Source: Malacoraja senta (Eukaryota). From it: 63,971 bases of DNA. This document shows, piece by piece, positions 1 to 12,564 of this stretch. A model generated the notes under the pieces. It did not search any database. It was not told the DNA's origin and worked only from the letters and a program-made list of their open reading frames with translations. Position numbers and translations under genes: made by a program. The stretch is from positions 3,908,030 through 3,972,000 of the forward strand of contig CM075996.1 of the NCBI GenBank assembly GCA_038087875.1. Direction: 5' to 3'. Position 1 is the first letter of the stretch; each line of letters starts with the position of its first letter.

Positions 1-140
1 GAATCCCCCACACCTCGTTTATAGTATTGGAAACTGGAAGAGTCAAGGTTTATGTGTTAAATAAATTCCAACACATTTGTCCAATTATATACGTCATTGC
101 TCTTCAGTGTTTATTCCTAAATCAATGTTCCCAGACAACT
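1..140. repeat. Left arm of a near-perfect inverted duplication (partner at 1811-1949)
   Basis: 1-140 (gaatccccca...ccagacaact) is the reverse complement of 1811-1949 apart from a few substitutions/indels. Confidence 0.9.
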
Positions 141-148
141 TAAACCTC

Positions 149-460
149 TGTCCCACGGTACGAGTTCATTCCAAGAGCTCTCTCTCCCGAGTTTGCCCTG
201 ATTCGAACTCGGAGATTTACGGTAGTGGCCGCTCGTCGGTACTCGGGGCTCTCGTGGACATTTTTCATCATGTTGAAAAATCTTCACGAGTCTTCCCGCG
301 CTTACCTGCCGTTATCGAGTCTTCCCGAGTACCTGCCGTTAGCGCCAAGAGACGTCCCTGAACTCCGACGTACCCGCTACGTTCATTCTCCGTGCTTACC
401 ACGAGTTTGATTTTTTTAAAACTCGGGAGTGCTCTTGGAGTGAACTCGTACCGTGGGACA
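149..460. mobile_element. MITE with terminal inverted repeats (Harbinger-like tgtcccac end motif)
   Basis: tgtcccacggtacgagttcattccaagag at 149 pairs with ctcttggagtgaactcgtaccgtgggaca ending at 460; no credible ORF. Confidence 0.7.
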
Positions 461-462
461 TT

Positions 463-900
463 GAAACATAGAAACATAGAAATTAGGTGCAGGAGTAGGC
501 CATTCGGCCCTTCGAGCCTGCACCGCCATTCAATATGATCATGGCTGATCATCCAACTCAGTATCCCGTACCTGCCTTCTCTCCATACCCTCTGATCCCT
601 TTAGCCACAAGGGCCACATCTAGCTCCCTCTTAAATATAGCCAATGAACTGGCCTCGACTACCCTCTGTGGCAGAGAGTTCCAGAGATTCACCACTCTCT
701 GTGTGAAAAAAGTTCTTCTCATCTCGGTTTTAAAGGATTTCCCCCTTATCCTTAAGCTGTGACCCCTTGTCCTGGACTTCCCCAACATCGGGAGCAATCT
801 TCCTGCATCTAGCCTGTCCAACCCCTTAAGAATTTTGTAAGTTTCTATAAGATCCCCTCTCAATCTCCTAAATTCTAGAGAGTATAAACCAAGTCTATCC
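463..900 (-). mobile_element. CR1-clade LINE 3' fragment (young subfamily)
   Basis: ORF 558-986 contains LGLYSLEFRRLRGDLIETYKIL...RTRGHSLRI...FFTQRVVNLWNSLP, the CR1 ORF2 C-terminus; (tttctatg)n tail. Confidence 0.95.
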
Positions 901-1810
901 AGGGCCATTACTTTGCCAAAGGCTGGACAAATTGAACATCTTGCAATAGGCAGTGTACAGCTGGATTCTGAAACACCCAAAGCCATTTGAGGACAAGAAT
1001 TACAATCCTTTGTGTAAAGAAGATCCTCCTTATCCCAGCCCTGGTTCTAAACTCTCCAATGCGAGGAAACAATCTCTTCCCATGTAAAGCACTGTTAACA
1101 TGAATAAGACTTGAAGTTCATTTTGCAACACCCCCTGCCATTCACTTCTACTGGGTTACAGTGGCACTTGGTGTCTTCTTATGGAAATCAGTTCAGGTTC
1201 AAATTACATTTCAGAATCAGAATCAGAATCTCGTTGGCCAAAGTGATTTACATTTGTTATAAGAATCACACTTTATTCGCCAAGTATGTTTTGCAACATT
1301 CGAGGAATTTCACTGGCCAGGTCAGTCACACAATTAAAACGCAACAGATGGAAGGCGAAATAAAGTTCAAGTCCTTCCCTTGTGTTCTTCCTTGGTCGGG
1401 GACATTTATTGTCACAAACACCAAATGGTGCAGTGAAATTTGAGTTACCATACAGCCACACAAATAAACTAAACAGAACACACCACGCCATAGAATTTAA
1501 CATGAACATCCCCCATCCACGTTTCCCACCGTGAGGGAAGGCAATAAAGTTCACTCATCTTCCTCTTTGTTCGCCCGTGGTCGGGGCCTTTGAGCCCTCC
1601 GCAGTCGCCGCTCCGGGGGGCCCGATGTTCAGGCCCTCTTGCCGGGACGATGGGATGATCAGCATCTGCAGTTCCATGTTTCTACATTCTTTTTTCCACG
1701 CTTTAGATTTGCAATTAGATCGTTAATATGTCTGCCACCTACTCTACTTTGACGTACCATGTGTAATGTTTAGGAAGGAACTGCAGGTGCCGGTTTACAC
1801 CGGATAGTTG

Positions 1811-1949
1811 AGTTGTCTGGGAACATTGATTTAGGAATAAACACTGAAGAGCAATGACGTATATAATTGGACAAATGTGTTGGAATTTATTAACACATAA
1901 ACCTTAACTCTTCCAGTTTCCAATACTATAAACGAGGTGTGGGGGATTC
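1811..1949. repeat. Right arm of the inverted duplication of 1-140
   Basis: Direct reverse-complement match. Confidence 0.9.
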
Positions 1950-2037
1950 CCTGTTTAGTTTCTCAACTCAGTGGGACAGGCAGCATCTCTGGATGGAAGG
2001 GACGGGTGACGTTTCGGGTCGGGACCCTTCTTCAGAC

Positions 2038-2442
2038 CAAAGATCCCCTAGCGGAGCAAGATAGACCACTCCTGCTAAATGCAATGGGCTGACGTGTAGT
2101 ACGCAACGGAACGGAACGTGGGCCTTATTTTCATCCATTTCAGTAACCGGACCCGACCCGACCCGATCCGACTCGCAGTGTAATCAACGTTGCGGGGGAA
2201 CAGTTTGTGTTAATAAATTAAAATTCTGAAAACGAGGAGAAGATTTTTACCAAATAACTTTTATTTTTACGAGGATGTTTCCGTAACCGGCTTCCGTCTC
2301 CGCACTAGTATCCTACGGGATCTTTGGTGCGGAGACGGAAGCCGGTTACGGAAATGGGGCCGAAAATTACCCCTGAATCTGCCCATGACCGTACTATGTC
2401 TTTTTCGTCGAGTGGACTATCTTGCTCGCTATAGGGTCTTTG
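2038..2442. mobile_element. Non-autonomous hAT-type MITE inserted in a Penelope-derived repeat
   Basis: TIRs caaagatcccctagcggagcaagatag / ctatcttgctcgctatagggtctttg; 8-bp TSD cttcagac/cgtcagac (1 mismatch). Confidence 0.8.
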
Positions 2443-3526
2443 CGTCAGACTGAGAGTCAGAGGGGATAAGGAAGTGTAACGTGCGAAAACGGGACAAAAG
2501 GCAATGCGGCTTAAAGAAAATGTAGAATAGATCATTGTTAGCTTGAAGAACCTACATGATCATTGTTAGCTAGAAGAAACCTGTCCTATCCGACAAGGAT
2601 ATCAGTATCAATATAATGGCAGGTGCTGGTTTAATCTCTGGAGAAAAGGAATAGGTATGTTTTCGGGTTGAGACCCTTCATCAGACTGGGAGTCAGGGAG
2701 GGGGAAACTAGAGGTTTTGGAAGGTCAAGAACACAGCAGAGCCTGCATCGATGACTCAGGAGAGGTGGAGCTCACAATGGTCCGTTGTTGGCTGGGGACG
2801 AGGTGATAACGAAGGAATACAAGCGGTGAAATTAGCAAGAGGACTAGGGTGGGGGAGGGACGGAGAGAGAGGGAATGCAAGGGGTTGCTTGAAGTTAGAG
2901 AAATCAATATCGCAGTGAACTTCACACCAGCACAGTGGAGAAAAACGATGATGAATTTATTCCAGAACCAACCAGCTAGTTTGAGATGTGTCTGCATGGA
3001 GTGAGTCAGGAGGTCACGCATTCTTCAGGTCAAAAGATGCCTCCAGCACTGGAGACCTGAGCATATTTTTAGTGTGAAAGGTCACAAAGGGCTGGACTAT
3101 CTCAGCAGGTCAGGCAGCATCTCTGGAGAACATGGGCAGGCGTCGTTTCAGGTCGGGACCCTTTTCCAAAGATGCTGAGTTACTCCAGCACTTTGTCCTT
3201 TTGTGCAAACCAGCATCTGCAGTTCCTTGTTTCTACAGTTATAGACAGTATATCTTAATGTATATGAGTCACATTTACTGTATGTGGGTGATGTTATGCT
3301 ATTGTTAAATGTGTGAAATGAGCGTACTTTGTCATTGATGTCCCTCTGTGATAAGGTGTTAATACAGTTTTTGAAACTCCTGCTATCTGTTGGAGATAAT
3401 CATGGCCAGTGCTCACCAGCTCTGTAATGCCATCTCACAGTCAAAATAATCAATGGATACTACTGTGTAGGAAGTAACTGCTGATACGGGTTCAGTCCTG
3501 TCTGTGTGTACAGTAAAAACTGTAAG

Positions 3527-3725
3527 GTAGACACAAAATGCTGGAGTAACTCAGCGGGACTGGCAGCATCTCTGGAGGGCAGGAATTGGTGGATCGAGGG
3601 TCTGAAGAAGGGTCTCGACCCGAAACGTCACCCATTCCTTCTCTCCGGAGAAGCTGCCAGCCCTGCTGAGTTACACCGGCATTTTGTGTCTATCTTCAGT
3701 TTAAACTGGCATCTGCAATTCCTAC
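3527..3725. mobile_element. Penelope-derived terminal repeat in head-to-head inverted arrangement, with hammerhead-like core
   Basis: agacacaaaatgctggagtaactcagc ... gctgagttacaccggcattttgtgtct inverted arms; CTGAAGA-stem-GAAAC-GTC at 3602-3629. Confidence 0.75.
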
Positions 3726-3774
3726 ACATTTCGTGTGTACACACAGACAGTGCTGGAGGTCTTAGGCTGGCCTT

Positions 3775-4120
3775 AAGAGTTAGATAGTGCTCTTAGGGCT
3801 AGCGGAATCAAGGGATATGGGGAGAAAGCAGGAACGGTAGTACTGACTGTGGATGATCAGCCATGATGCTTTCAAGAGAGAGCTAGGTAGGGCTCTTCAA
3901 AATAGCGGAGCCAGGGGATATGGGGAGAAGGCAGGAACGGGGTACTGATTGGGAATGATCAGCCATGATCACATTGAATGGCGGTGCTGGCTCGAAGGGC
4001 CGAATGGCCTACTCCTGCACCTATTGTCTATTGTCTATTGTCTATCATATTGAATGGCGGTGCTGGCTCGAAGGGCCGAATGGCCTACTCCTGCACCTAT
4101 TGTCTTTGTATCTATGTCTA
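3775..4120 (+). mobile_element. CR1 LINE 3' tail fragments (reiterated)
   Basis: gatcagccatgatcacattgaatggcggtgctggctcgaagggccgaatggcctactcctgcacc plus (tattgtc)n, present twice. Confidence 0.85.
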
Positions 4121-7100
4121 TGTAACTCCAGCATTTTGTGTCTCTCTTCTGCGTGTACAGACTATTGCCAAAGGAAGCAATCACTTTGTACGCTATGCCA
4201 TATGCAGAACCCTTTCTTTGTAAAACATGCGCGAAGAAACTTAGAAAAGTCCCTTCCAATCTCTGAGTTTGATATCATAAATATATTTATATCCTTTTTA
4301 TCTCATTATTATCTAGGTGACTCCTCATGCCTGAAACTGCTTCTGACCACAGAGTTTATGGGGGAGAGCAGACGTCAGCTAAAATTCCCCAAAAGATTAT
4401 TTTAAAATGGAGCTCCGGACTTTTTTTTGTGTCGATTTGATCTTGTTATTGGTCCAGTGTCGCACAAGATGCAAAGTCTGTGCAAAACAACATTAGTCAT
4501 AAAAGGTCAGACTGGTTGAGAGTTGATGTGTCATTTCCCAGCAATAGCAGTGCAGTCAAAAACCCAGGACTTTCTCACCCAAGCATCGGTCATCTCCCCT
4601 TCGCATTGTAAAGAACATCACAAACCCAGCTCTTTATATTATTCTGCAGAACAGACTTACACCTTCAGGATAGATTCAGAAGGTATGAAGATTTTAATTT
4701 AAACTGTGGTGCGGTGGTAGATTGCTGCCTAATATAGCACCAGAGAACTGGGTTCCATCCTGACTACAGGTGCTGTCTGTACGGAGTTTGCACGTTCCCC
4801 CACGTGACCTCGTGGGCTTTCTCCCTGTGCTCCGGTTTCTTTCCACTTCCCAAAGACGTGCAGGTTTGTAGGTTAATTGGCTTCGGTAACAAAATTGTCC
4901 CTAGTTTGGAGTATAGAACAAGTGTTAAAGAAGGAACTGCAGATGCTGGAAAGTCGAAGGTACACAAAAATGCTGGAGAAACTCAGCGGGTGCAGCAGCA
5001 TCTATGGAGCGAAGGAAATAGGCAACGTTTCGGGCCGAAACCCTTCTTCAGTGCACTGGTGATCGCTGGTCGTCAGGGAAGTACCTGTTTCCATGCTGTA
5101 TCTCTAAACTAAACTAAACAGCAGTAGCAGTAGAGCTGCGGTCTCACTGTGCCAGAGACCCGGGTTCGATTCTGACTACGTTCTCCCCGTGACGTCGTGG
5201 GTTTTCACCAAGATTTTCGGTTTCCTCCCGCACTCCAAAGACGTACAGGTTTGAAGGTTAATTGGCTTGGTGTGCATGTAAAATTGTCCCTAACGTGTGT
5301 AGGATAATGTTGGTGTGTCGTCGGCGCAGACTCTGTGGGCCGAAGGACCCGTTCTCGCACTATATCTGATAGGGCCCTGTCAACCCAGTTCATATTGCAC
5401 AACTCACCAAGGCTTCTTTGACAGCAGCTTCCTATCACAAGGATGATGCAAAGGAGTCAAAGGTCAACTGGTCCATGGAAGCCAAGAGCCAAGTCGATGA
5501 CTACATGAAGTGTCACAATGTGGACATACAACATATCCTCATAAGGTCATTAGGTCATGACTGATAGATGTAGAATTAGGCCCATTAATTCTACCCTCCA
5601 TATGATCTATCTTTCCCTCCTAACCCCATTCTCCTGCCTTCTCCCCATCACCTCTGACACCCGTACTAATCGAGAATCTATCTACCTGTGCCTTAAAAAA
5701 TATCCACTGACTTGGCCCCCACAGCCTTCTGTGGCAAAGAATTCAACAGATTCAACACCCTCTGACGAAAGAAATTTCACCTCATCTCCATCCTAAAAGA
5801 TCGTCCTTTAATTCTGAGGCTGTGACCTCTCGTCCTGGGCTCTCCCACTCCCACTCCGTCATCATAACTGGATACAAATCCTGAAATTCCAGAATGAATC
5901 TCGTTGTGGGTTCCCAAGCACAATTGCAATATTGCAATTGGTTTAATTTCTTCGAGTTCTTCCTGGTGTCCGGCCATCTTCCACATCACGTCCTTTCCGG
6001 TCGGTCAGTGACGGTTGACGGTTGGTCGGTGGTTGCAGAATTGGCTACTTCAGTCGGTCACTGTGGTACACAGTTCCTGCGGTCAGCATTGCCCGGGATG
6101 CGCCACGTGGAGGCTTCTGCTTGCACCCCTTTCTTCGAGTACAGTGGTTTAATGGTTTACAAATGGTTCAATGGCTTAATATACAATGGTTTGCAAATGG
6201 TTTAATTTCTTCAATTACAGTGCTCAGTTTTGCTCTGCTCATCACAAGAACGACACAGGAAAGGGAAATTTTAAATAAATTAAACCCCGCAAAATGTGTC
6301 AAATCTGAATCTAAAGCAAAAATGAAAGAAACACTCAGCAGATAGCATCTATGTCAGAGAAACATAGATGGCATTGTAGGTCAAAGAGACCCGGGTTCGA
6401 TTCTGCTCTCTGCTCATTAAAATAACGAGCAGAGAGCAGGGGATCGGGGAGTCAAGAGTCAGGAGTGTTTCATTGTCATATGTCCCAGATAGGACTGTGA
6501 AATTCTGACTTGCAGCAGCACAACGGAATATAAATGGGACTATAGTAATATCTGATAGCGGGAATCCAGAATAGTTGAGGTGATTCCACAGTTTACGGAG
6601 CTGGCCAGTTGATAGAATGGAAGAGAGTCAAGTCAAGTCAAGTCAAGTCAAGTCAAGTCAACTCAAGTCAATTTTATTTCTATAGCACATTTAAAAACAA
6701 CTCTCGTTGACCAAAGTGCTTTACATCAGTGCAGGTACTAACATGCTACATACAGTGGTACATAGATCTAACAATACATATATAAATACATACATACAGC
6801 GCTCCCTCAGTGTAGAGAAAAGGAAAAAAAAATACAACAAACACAGGGGGAAAGCCAAAGCTGATGGGATTCGAAACCAAAAGGAGATTGTTGGAAACTC
6901 CCAGAAGATCAGGCGATATCTGCAGAGATGTATTATCACAGATGGGTGACCTTATCTTCCGTCCGGGCATTTCTGTGGACTTTGTGACTCAATAACAAAT
7001 GGAACAATCATATCATTTTCTTTTCATGTTTGTATCAGAAATAGCCATTTTGGTTACGATATTGTGCTCTCTACACGCACCATAACCCCTGACACCCGTA

Positions 7101-8087
7101 CTAATCAAGGATCTCAGTGGGACGGGCAGCATCTCTGGAGAGAAGGGGAGAAGCATCCAGAGATGCTGCCTGTCCCACTGAGTTACTCCAGCATGTTGTG
7201 TCTATCTTTGATTTAAACCAGCATCTGCAGTTCTTTCCTGCACTAATCCTGCACTATCTATCTCAGACATAAAAATATCCATTGACTTAGCCTCCACAGC
7301 CTTCCGTGGTAAATAATTCCACAGATTTCTCTCTCCCATCAAGCAAAAGGTATTGAAGTGTGAAAACGCACACCTCCAGATTCGGGGACAGTTTCTTCCC
7401 AGCTGTTATCAGGCAACTGAACCATCCTACCACAACTGGGGAGCAGTGCTGAACTACTATATACCTCCACCGCACAGAGGGCGGTGGAGGCCGGTTCTCT
7501 GGATGCTTTCAAGAGAGAGCTAGATAGGGCTCTTAAAAATAGTGGAGTCAGGGGATATGGGGAGAAGGCAGGAACGGGGTACTGATTGAGGATGATCAGC
7601 CATGATCACATTGAATGGCGGTGCTGGCTCAAAGGGCCGAATGGCCTGCTCCTGCACCTGTTGTCTATTGTCTATTGTCTCTTTACCTCCGACTAAAGAA
7701 ATTCCACCTCGTCTCCTTCCTAAAGAAATGTCCTTTAATTCTGAGGCTATGGCCTCTAGTCCTAGACACTCCCACCAGTGGAAACATCATAATCATAATC
7801 ATACTTTATTAGCCAAGTATGTTTTGCAACATACCAGGAAAACATCCTCTCCACATCCACTCTATCCAAGCCTTTCATTATGCGGTACGTTTCAATGAGG
7901 TCTGCCCCTCGTTCTTCTAAACTCCAGCGAGTGCACGCCCCAGTGCCGTCAAACGCTCTTCAGTGTAAACCAGCATCTGTAGTTCCTTCCTGTACAATAG
8001 GAGTCAATGGTTGTTTTTCAGATGGGAGGGAAATGAATGGTGCAGTTAGTTCGGTGTCCACATCAATCAATCAATCAATCAATCAGT

Positions 8088-8700
8088 GATAATCCTGCCG
8101 CATTATCACGGGATGCATAAAGACAACGCCAGTCCCGTGCCTCTACGCCCTAGCTGGTATTGCCCCCCCCCCCCCATATCAGACGATCCATCGTCGCCCA
8201 AGACGAGCAGAGAGCACAGGAGATCGATAGCAGGCACCCCCTGCACGGACACACAGCACCTCCACCCCGACTGAAATCCAGAGCCAGTTTCTTGCAGACA
8301 GTCCCACCTCTCCAGCCAACCAAAGAAACAGCAAGGACCAACATCTGGAAAGATGAATGGAACCAGCTCAACACACGAGCCCACGACTGGATGGAGACAG
8401 GAATCACTCCGACTGAATGCCTCGCCAGCGGGCACGGCCTCCCATGGCCAACCTGGAAGACCCTCAACAGATTACGAGTGGAGCAGGGGAGGTGTAAAGC
8501 GCTTATGAAAGCATGGAACTACCAGGCAGAAGACACATGCAGCTGTGGAGCAGTACAGTACAATGTCCCACCTACTGGAGTGTGACGACGCCCCCCAGTG
8601 CAGCCCCCAGGACCTGGCTGAACCGACCCGACCAGCTGTGACCTGCGCCAGATACTGGCAGAACGACATCTGAGATTGCAACGGACTCGAAGAAGAAGAA
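8088..8700 (+). mobile_element. Ingi/Vingi-like LINE 3' end
   Basis: ORF 8160-8585 reads WKTLNRLRVEQGRCKALMKAWNY...CSCGAVQ, continued after a frameshift by MSHLLEC (CCHC finger); (gaa)n tail; flanked by direct repeat tcaatcagt. Confidence 0.7.
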
Positions 8701-9619
8701 TCAATCAGTTTTATTCGTCACTTGCACATAAATTGCAAGTGAAATGAATTTGCCAGCAGCGGTACAATGATAAAGAACACACAAAAACACAATAAAAATT
8801 TAACACAAACATCCACCACAGCATTCATCACTGTGGTGGAAGGCACAACATTTGACCAGTCCTCCTCCATTTTCCCCCGTGGTCGGGACCTCAACCCTCC
8901 GCAGTCGCCACTGCGGGCGTCCAGATGAGTAGACAAGGTAAAAAGTCCAGGTAAGTCCTGAATCGGTGCTTCCCTACCGGAGACCGCGGCTTCAGGTTGG
9001 TGTAGGCCGCAGGCCGGCGGTCGGAGATTTAAAGAGTGATCTGAAGCAATCAGAGCGATTGCTTGTCATAAAATGAATTAACAAATGGTCAGGTGTGCAC
9101 AAGGCACCGATTGAGAATTTGCGAGCAACAAAAAATGGGAGAAGAGCGAACTGGAAGATGAATAGTATTAGATCCCAAGACCGTCTAGGCAATTTGGGCA
9201 ATAAACTCGGTGAATGAAATTTTATACAGGAAACAAAATAGGAGATATGTGCGAGGAGAATATACTAAATAAACGAGGGAGCATGTCTAAAAGGATATAG
9301 GAATAGAGTTAGCTAGACAAAAATACTGGAGAAACTCAGCGGGTGAGGCAACATCTATGGAGCAAAGGAAATAGGCAACGTTTCGGCCCGAAACGTTGCC
9401 TATTTCCTTCGCTCCATAGATGCTGCCTCACCCACTGAGTTTCTCCAGCATTTTTGTCTACCTTCGATTTACCAGCATCTGCAGTCCCTTCTTAAACATA
9501 GGAGTTATTTGTATTAATTAAAGTTGGAAAGCAGATTGAGAAATAAGCATCAGGGATCCCGATCTTTCTCAACAGAGGCATGTGGTCGCGTGGAAATCAT
9601 GATGAGCTTTTGGTTCAGT

Positions 9620-10190
9620 TTAGTTTATTGTCACGTGTACCGAGGTACAGTGAAAAGCTTTTGTTGTGTCCTAACCAGTCAGCAGAAAGACAATACATGA
9701 TTACAATCGATCAATTTACAGTGTATGGATACATGATAAGGGAATAACATTTAGTGCAAGTTAAAGCCAGCAAAGTCCGATCAGGGATAGTCTAGGCGTC
9801 ACCAATGAGGTATATAGTAGTTCGGCACTGCTCCCCAGTTGTGGTAGGATGGTTCAGTTGCCTGATAACAGCTGGGAAGAAACTGTCTCCGAATCTGGAG
9901 GTGTGCGTTTTCACACTTCAATACCTTTTGCTTGATGGGAGAGGGGAGAAGAGGGATTGGCCAGGGTGCGACTTGTCCTTGATATGTGCTGCTGGCCTTG
10001 CCGAGGCAGCGTGAGGTATAAATGGAGTCAATGGAAGGGAGGTTGGGTGGGCGGCGTCGACGATTTGCTGCAATTTCTTGCGGACTTGGATGGAGCGGTT
10101 CCCAAACCAAGCTGTGATGCTTTCTTTGGTGCATCTGTAGAAGTTGGTGAGAGTCGTAGGGGACTTCCTTAGCCTCCTCAGGAAGCAGAC
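9620..10190 (-). mobile_element. Rex1/Babar-like LINE 3' fragment
   Basis: LPSIDSIYTSRCLGKA motif; homologous to the fragment at 55300-55900; degenerate. Confidence 0.65.
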
Positions 10191-10457
10191 ACTGTTTTAC
10201 AAAACAGCGTTTTGGCGCAAGTGATGTTTTGGCTTCGGGTGCCACGCAATTGGAATGTTGTGAAGGATTTGCAAAGGCGCAGAAGAGATTTACCAAAACG
10301 GTTGCAGGAATGAGGGCCTTTGGTTGTGGGGATTGACTGGAGAAGCTGGGACAGGCTTCCTCGGAGCAGAGGAAGTTGCAAATGGATCTGAGAGAGGTGT
10401 CTGCGTCGAACGGAGCTGGAGGTTGAGCAGCCGGCGGCAACAGAGGAGGACCCGACG

Positions 10458-10800
10458 AGGCAGGAAACATGTTCCCAATGTTGGGGGAGTCCAGAACCAG
10501 GGGCCACAGTTTAAGAATAAGGAGTAAGCCATTTAGAACGGAGACGAGGAAACACTTTTTCTCCCAGAGAGTGGCGAGTCTGTGGAATTCTCTGCCTCAG
10601 AAGGCGGTGGAGGCAGGTTCTCTGGATGCTTTCAAGAGAGAGCTAGACAGGGCTCTTAAAAATAGCGGAGTCAGGGGATATGTGGAGAAGGCAGGAACGG
10701 GGTACTGATTGTGGATGATCAGCCATGATCACATTGAATGGCGGTGCTGGCTCGAAGGGCCGAATGGCCTACTCCTGCACCTATTGTCTATTGTCTATTG
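10458..10800 (+). mobile_element. CR1 LINE 3' fragment
   Basis: MFPMLGESRTRGHSLRI...FFSQRVASLWNSLP; (tattgtc)n tail. Confidence 0.9.
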
Positions 10801-12564
10801 AGGGGGAACCATTGTGAGGGGGGGAGGGAACAAACATGGACCTGGCGTGGGGGGATCGCCGTGTGGAGAGGGGGAGGGGGGGAAGAACAAAGGAGGATCC
10901 GACATGGGTGGGGGGGGCTGTCGTGAGGGGGGGAAGAACAATGGAGGCGTGAGGGGACCGGCACGAGGGGAGGGGGAGGATGAACAAAGGAGGACCTGGT
11001 GTGTAAAGACCGTCGTGTGTGGGGGTGGGGGGGGGGGTTGGGGGCAAGAACAAAGTAGGACCCGGAGGAGGGGAGAGAACAAAGCTGGACATGCCGTGGG
11101 GGAGGGGGCGGGGGATGGGAGGGGAGGGAGAACAATAGAGGACCTGGTGCGAGGGTACTTTTTTTTATTTTTTTATTTATTTTTATTTTTTTTAATATTT
11201 AATTTATTCCGATTATGTGTTTTGTATTTTTTTTTTTTTTGTGATTCTATGCATTGTAAGGTGTCCTTGGGTTTTAGAAAGGCGCCAGCAAAATAAAATG
11301 ATTATTATTATTATTATTATTATTACTTTGGTCAGTGCCCTTTACGTAGCGATTATTTGCATACCTTGGGTATGCAAGCAAAGAATTTCACTGTGACTTG
11401 TCACATGCGAGAATCAAGCATTCAATTCAAATCAATTCAGTATTTACAGCTGTGAAGATCAAGGATAACGGATAAAAAAAATACAAGTGATTGACACAGG
11501 AACTGTGGTAATGTCGATAATTTATGCAGTACTAACTATGTATGTGGTTGTTGGTTGTTCTCCGAGCCAGCAGGGGGTGATAGTGATTTTTGTGAGCCTA
11601 CCTGGTGTTACTGTTGCTGTGTTTGCAAGAGGCCATTTTAGTTGATGGCGGCCAGGACTGTGTGTGAACTCAGCAGATTGGCGAACAATAAACTTGCTAA
11701 AGGAAGACGTTTAGCCGCCATCGTTTATGCACGTTAAAATATGCATTTTATGCATGTTAACAAGAAGCAAATGTAACATCTAAAAGAAACATGTTTCCCT
11801 GCTGCAAATAGTTAAAATGTGGAATGCATTGGCCAGGCTTAGTGGAGAATGATGAAATACTCAGTTATTTTAAATCGTCCTATTGAATTGCACACACAAC
11901 TGTAATTATAAAAAAAACTATGATAAAAAAGGACTTACTCTGTTTCAAGTAATTAGGACGGAGATACTACACATGTATCTCATCAGGATTTCCTTTAAAT
12001 CAGAGATATTTATTAATCAATGCTCAATACAAACATTAATGGTATAAAATAATGATGAAGAAGCCTTCTACGGCCCATTATTTTGACGGATTCTCTTTCC
12101 AATGATAGACTACTTAATTCATCTCTCTGAAAGAAAGTTTCACCTAAACCTGCTGATTTGTTCCATCTGCAAAGTAAACCCGTAGATTATTTGGTTAATT
12201 CCCTGTCACAGGTTCAAGATTCACTTGGACTGACACAAAACGCTGGAGTAACTCAGCGGGACAGGCAGCATCGCCGGCGAGAAGGAATGGGAGACGTTTC
12301 TAAAATCTCTCGACATCACCGTCTATATCTCTCATTTCCCTCTCCCCTGACTCTCAGACTGAAGTAGGGCCCCAACCTGAGACATCACCCATACCACGAA
12401 TACAAACACAAATTGCCGTCTTTGCCTGCAGACTGTAAAAGCATTCGGATTATAAAGGAGAAGCAGCAATAATGTACGTGGTATGCAGATACCAGCTGAC
12501 AGGAAATGGTACTTGTGCTTCGAATGGGCTATTGCGACAGTTCCGTTATAAAGGGAACTTTGTG

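Noticed and set aside
9799..10470. 223-aa minus-strand ORF
   Set aside because: A chance read-through of degenerate LINE fragments and flanking sequence.
10800..11160. G-rich 160-aa ORF and Pro-rich antisense ORFs
   Set aside because: Low-complexity purine-rich repeat interior (similar tract at ~24885-24950); no protein homology recognised.
12472..12564. Upstream in-frame ATG giving a 321-aa BAFF
   Set aside because: Weaker context and a TATAAA lies inside this stretch. ATG 12565 or 12571 is preferred, but the true start is unresolved.
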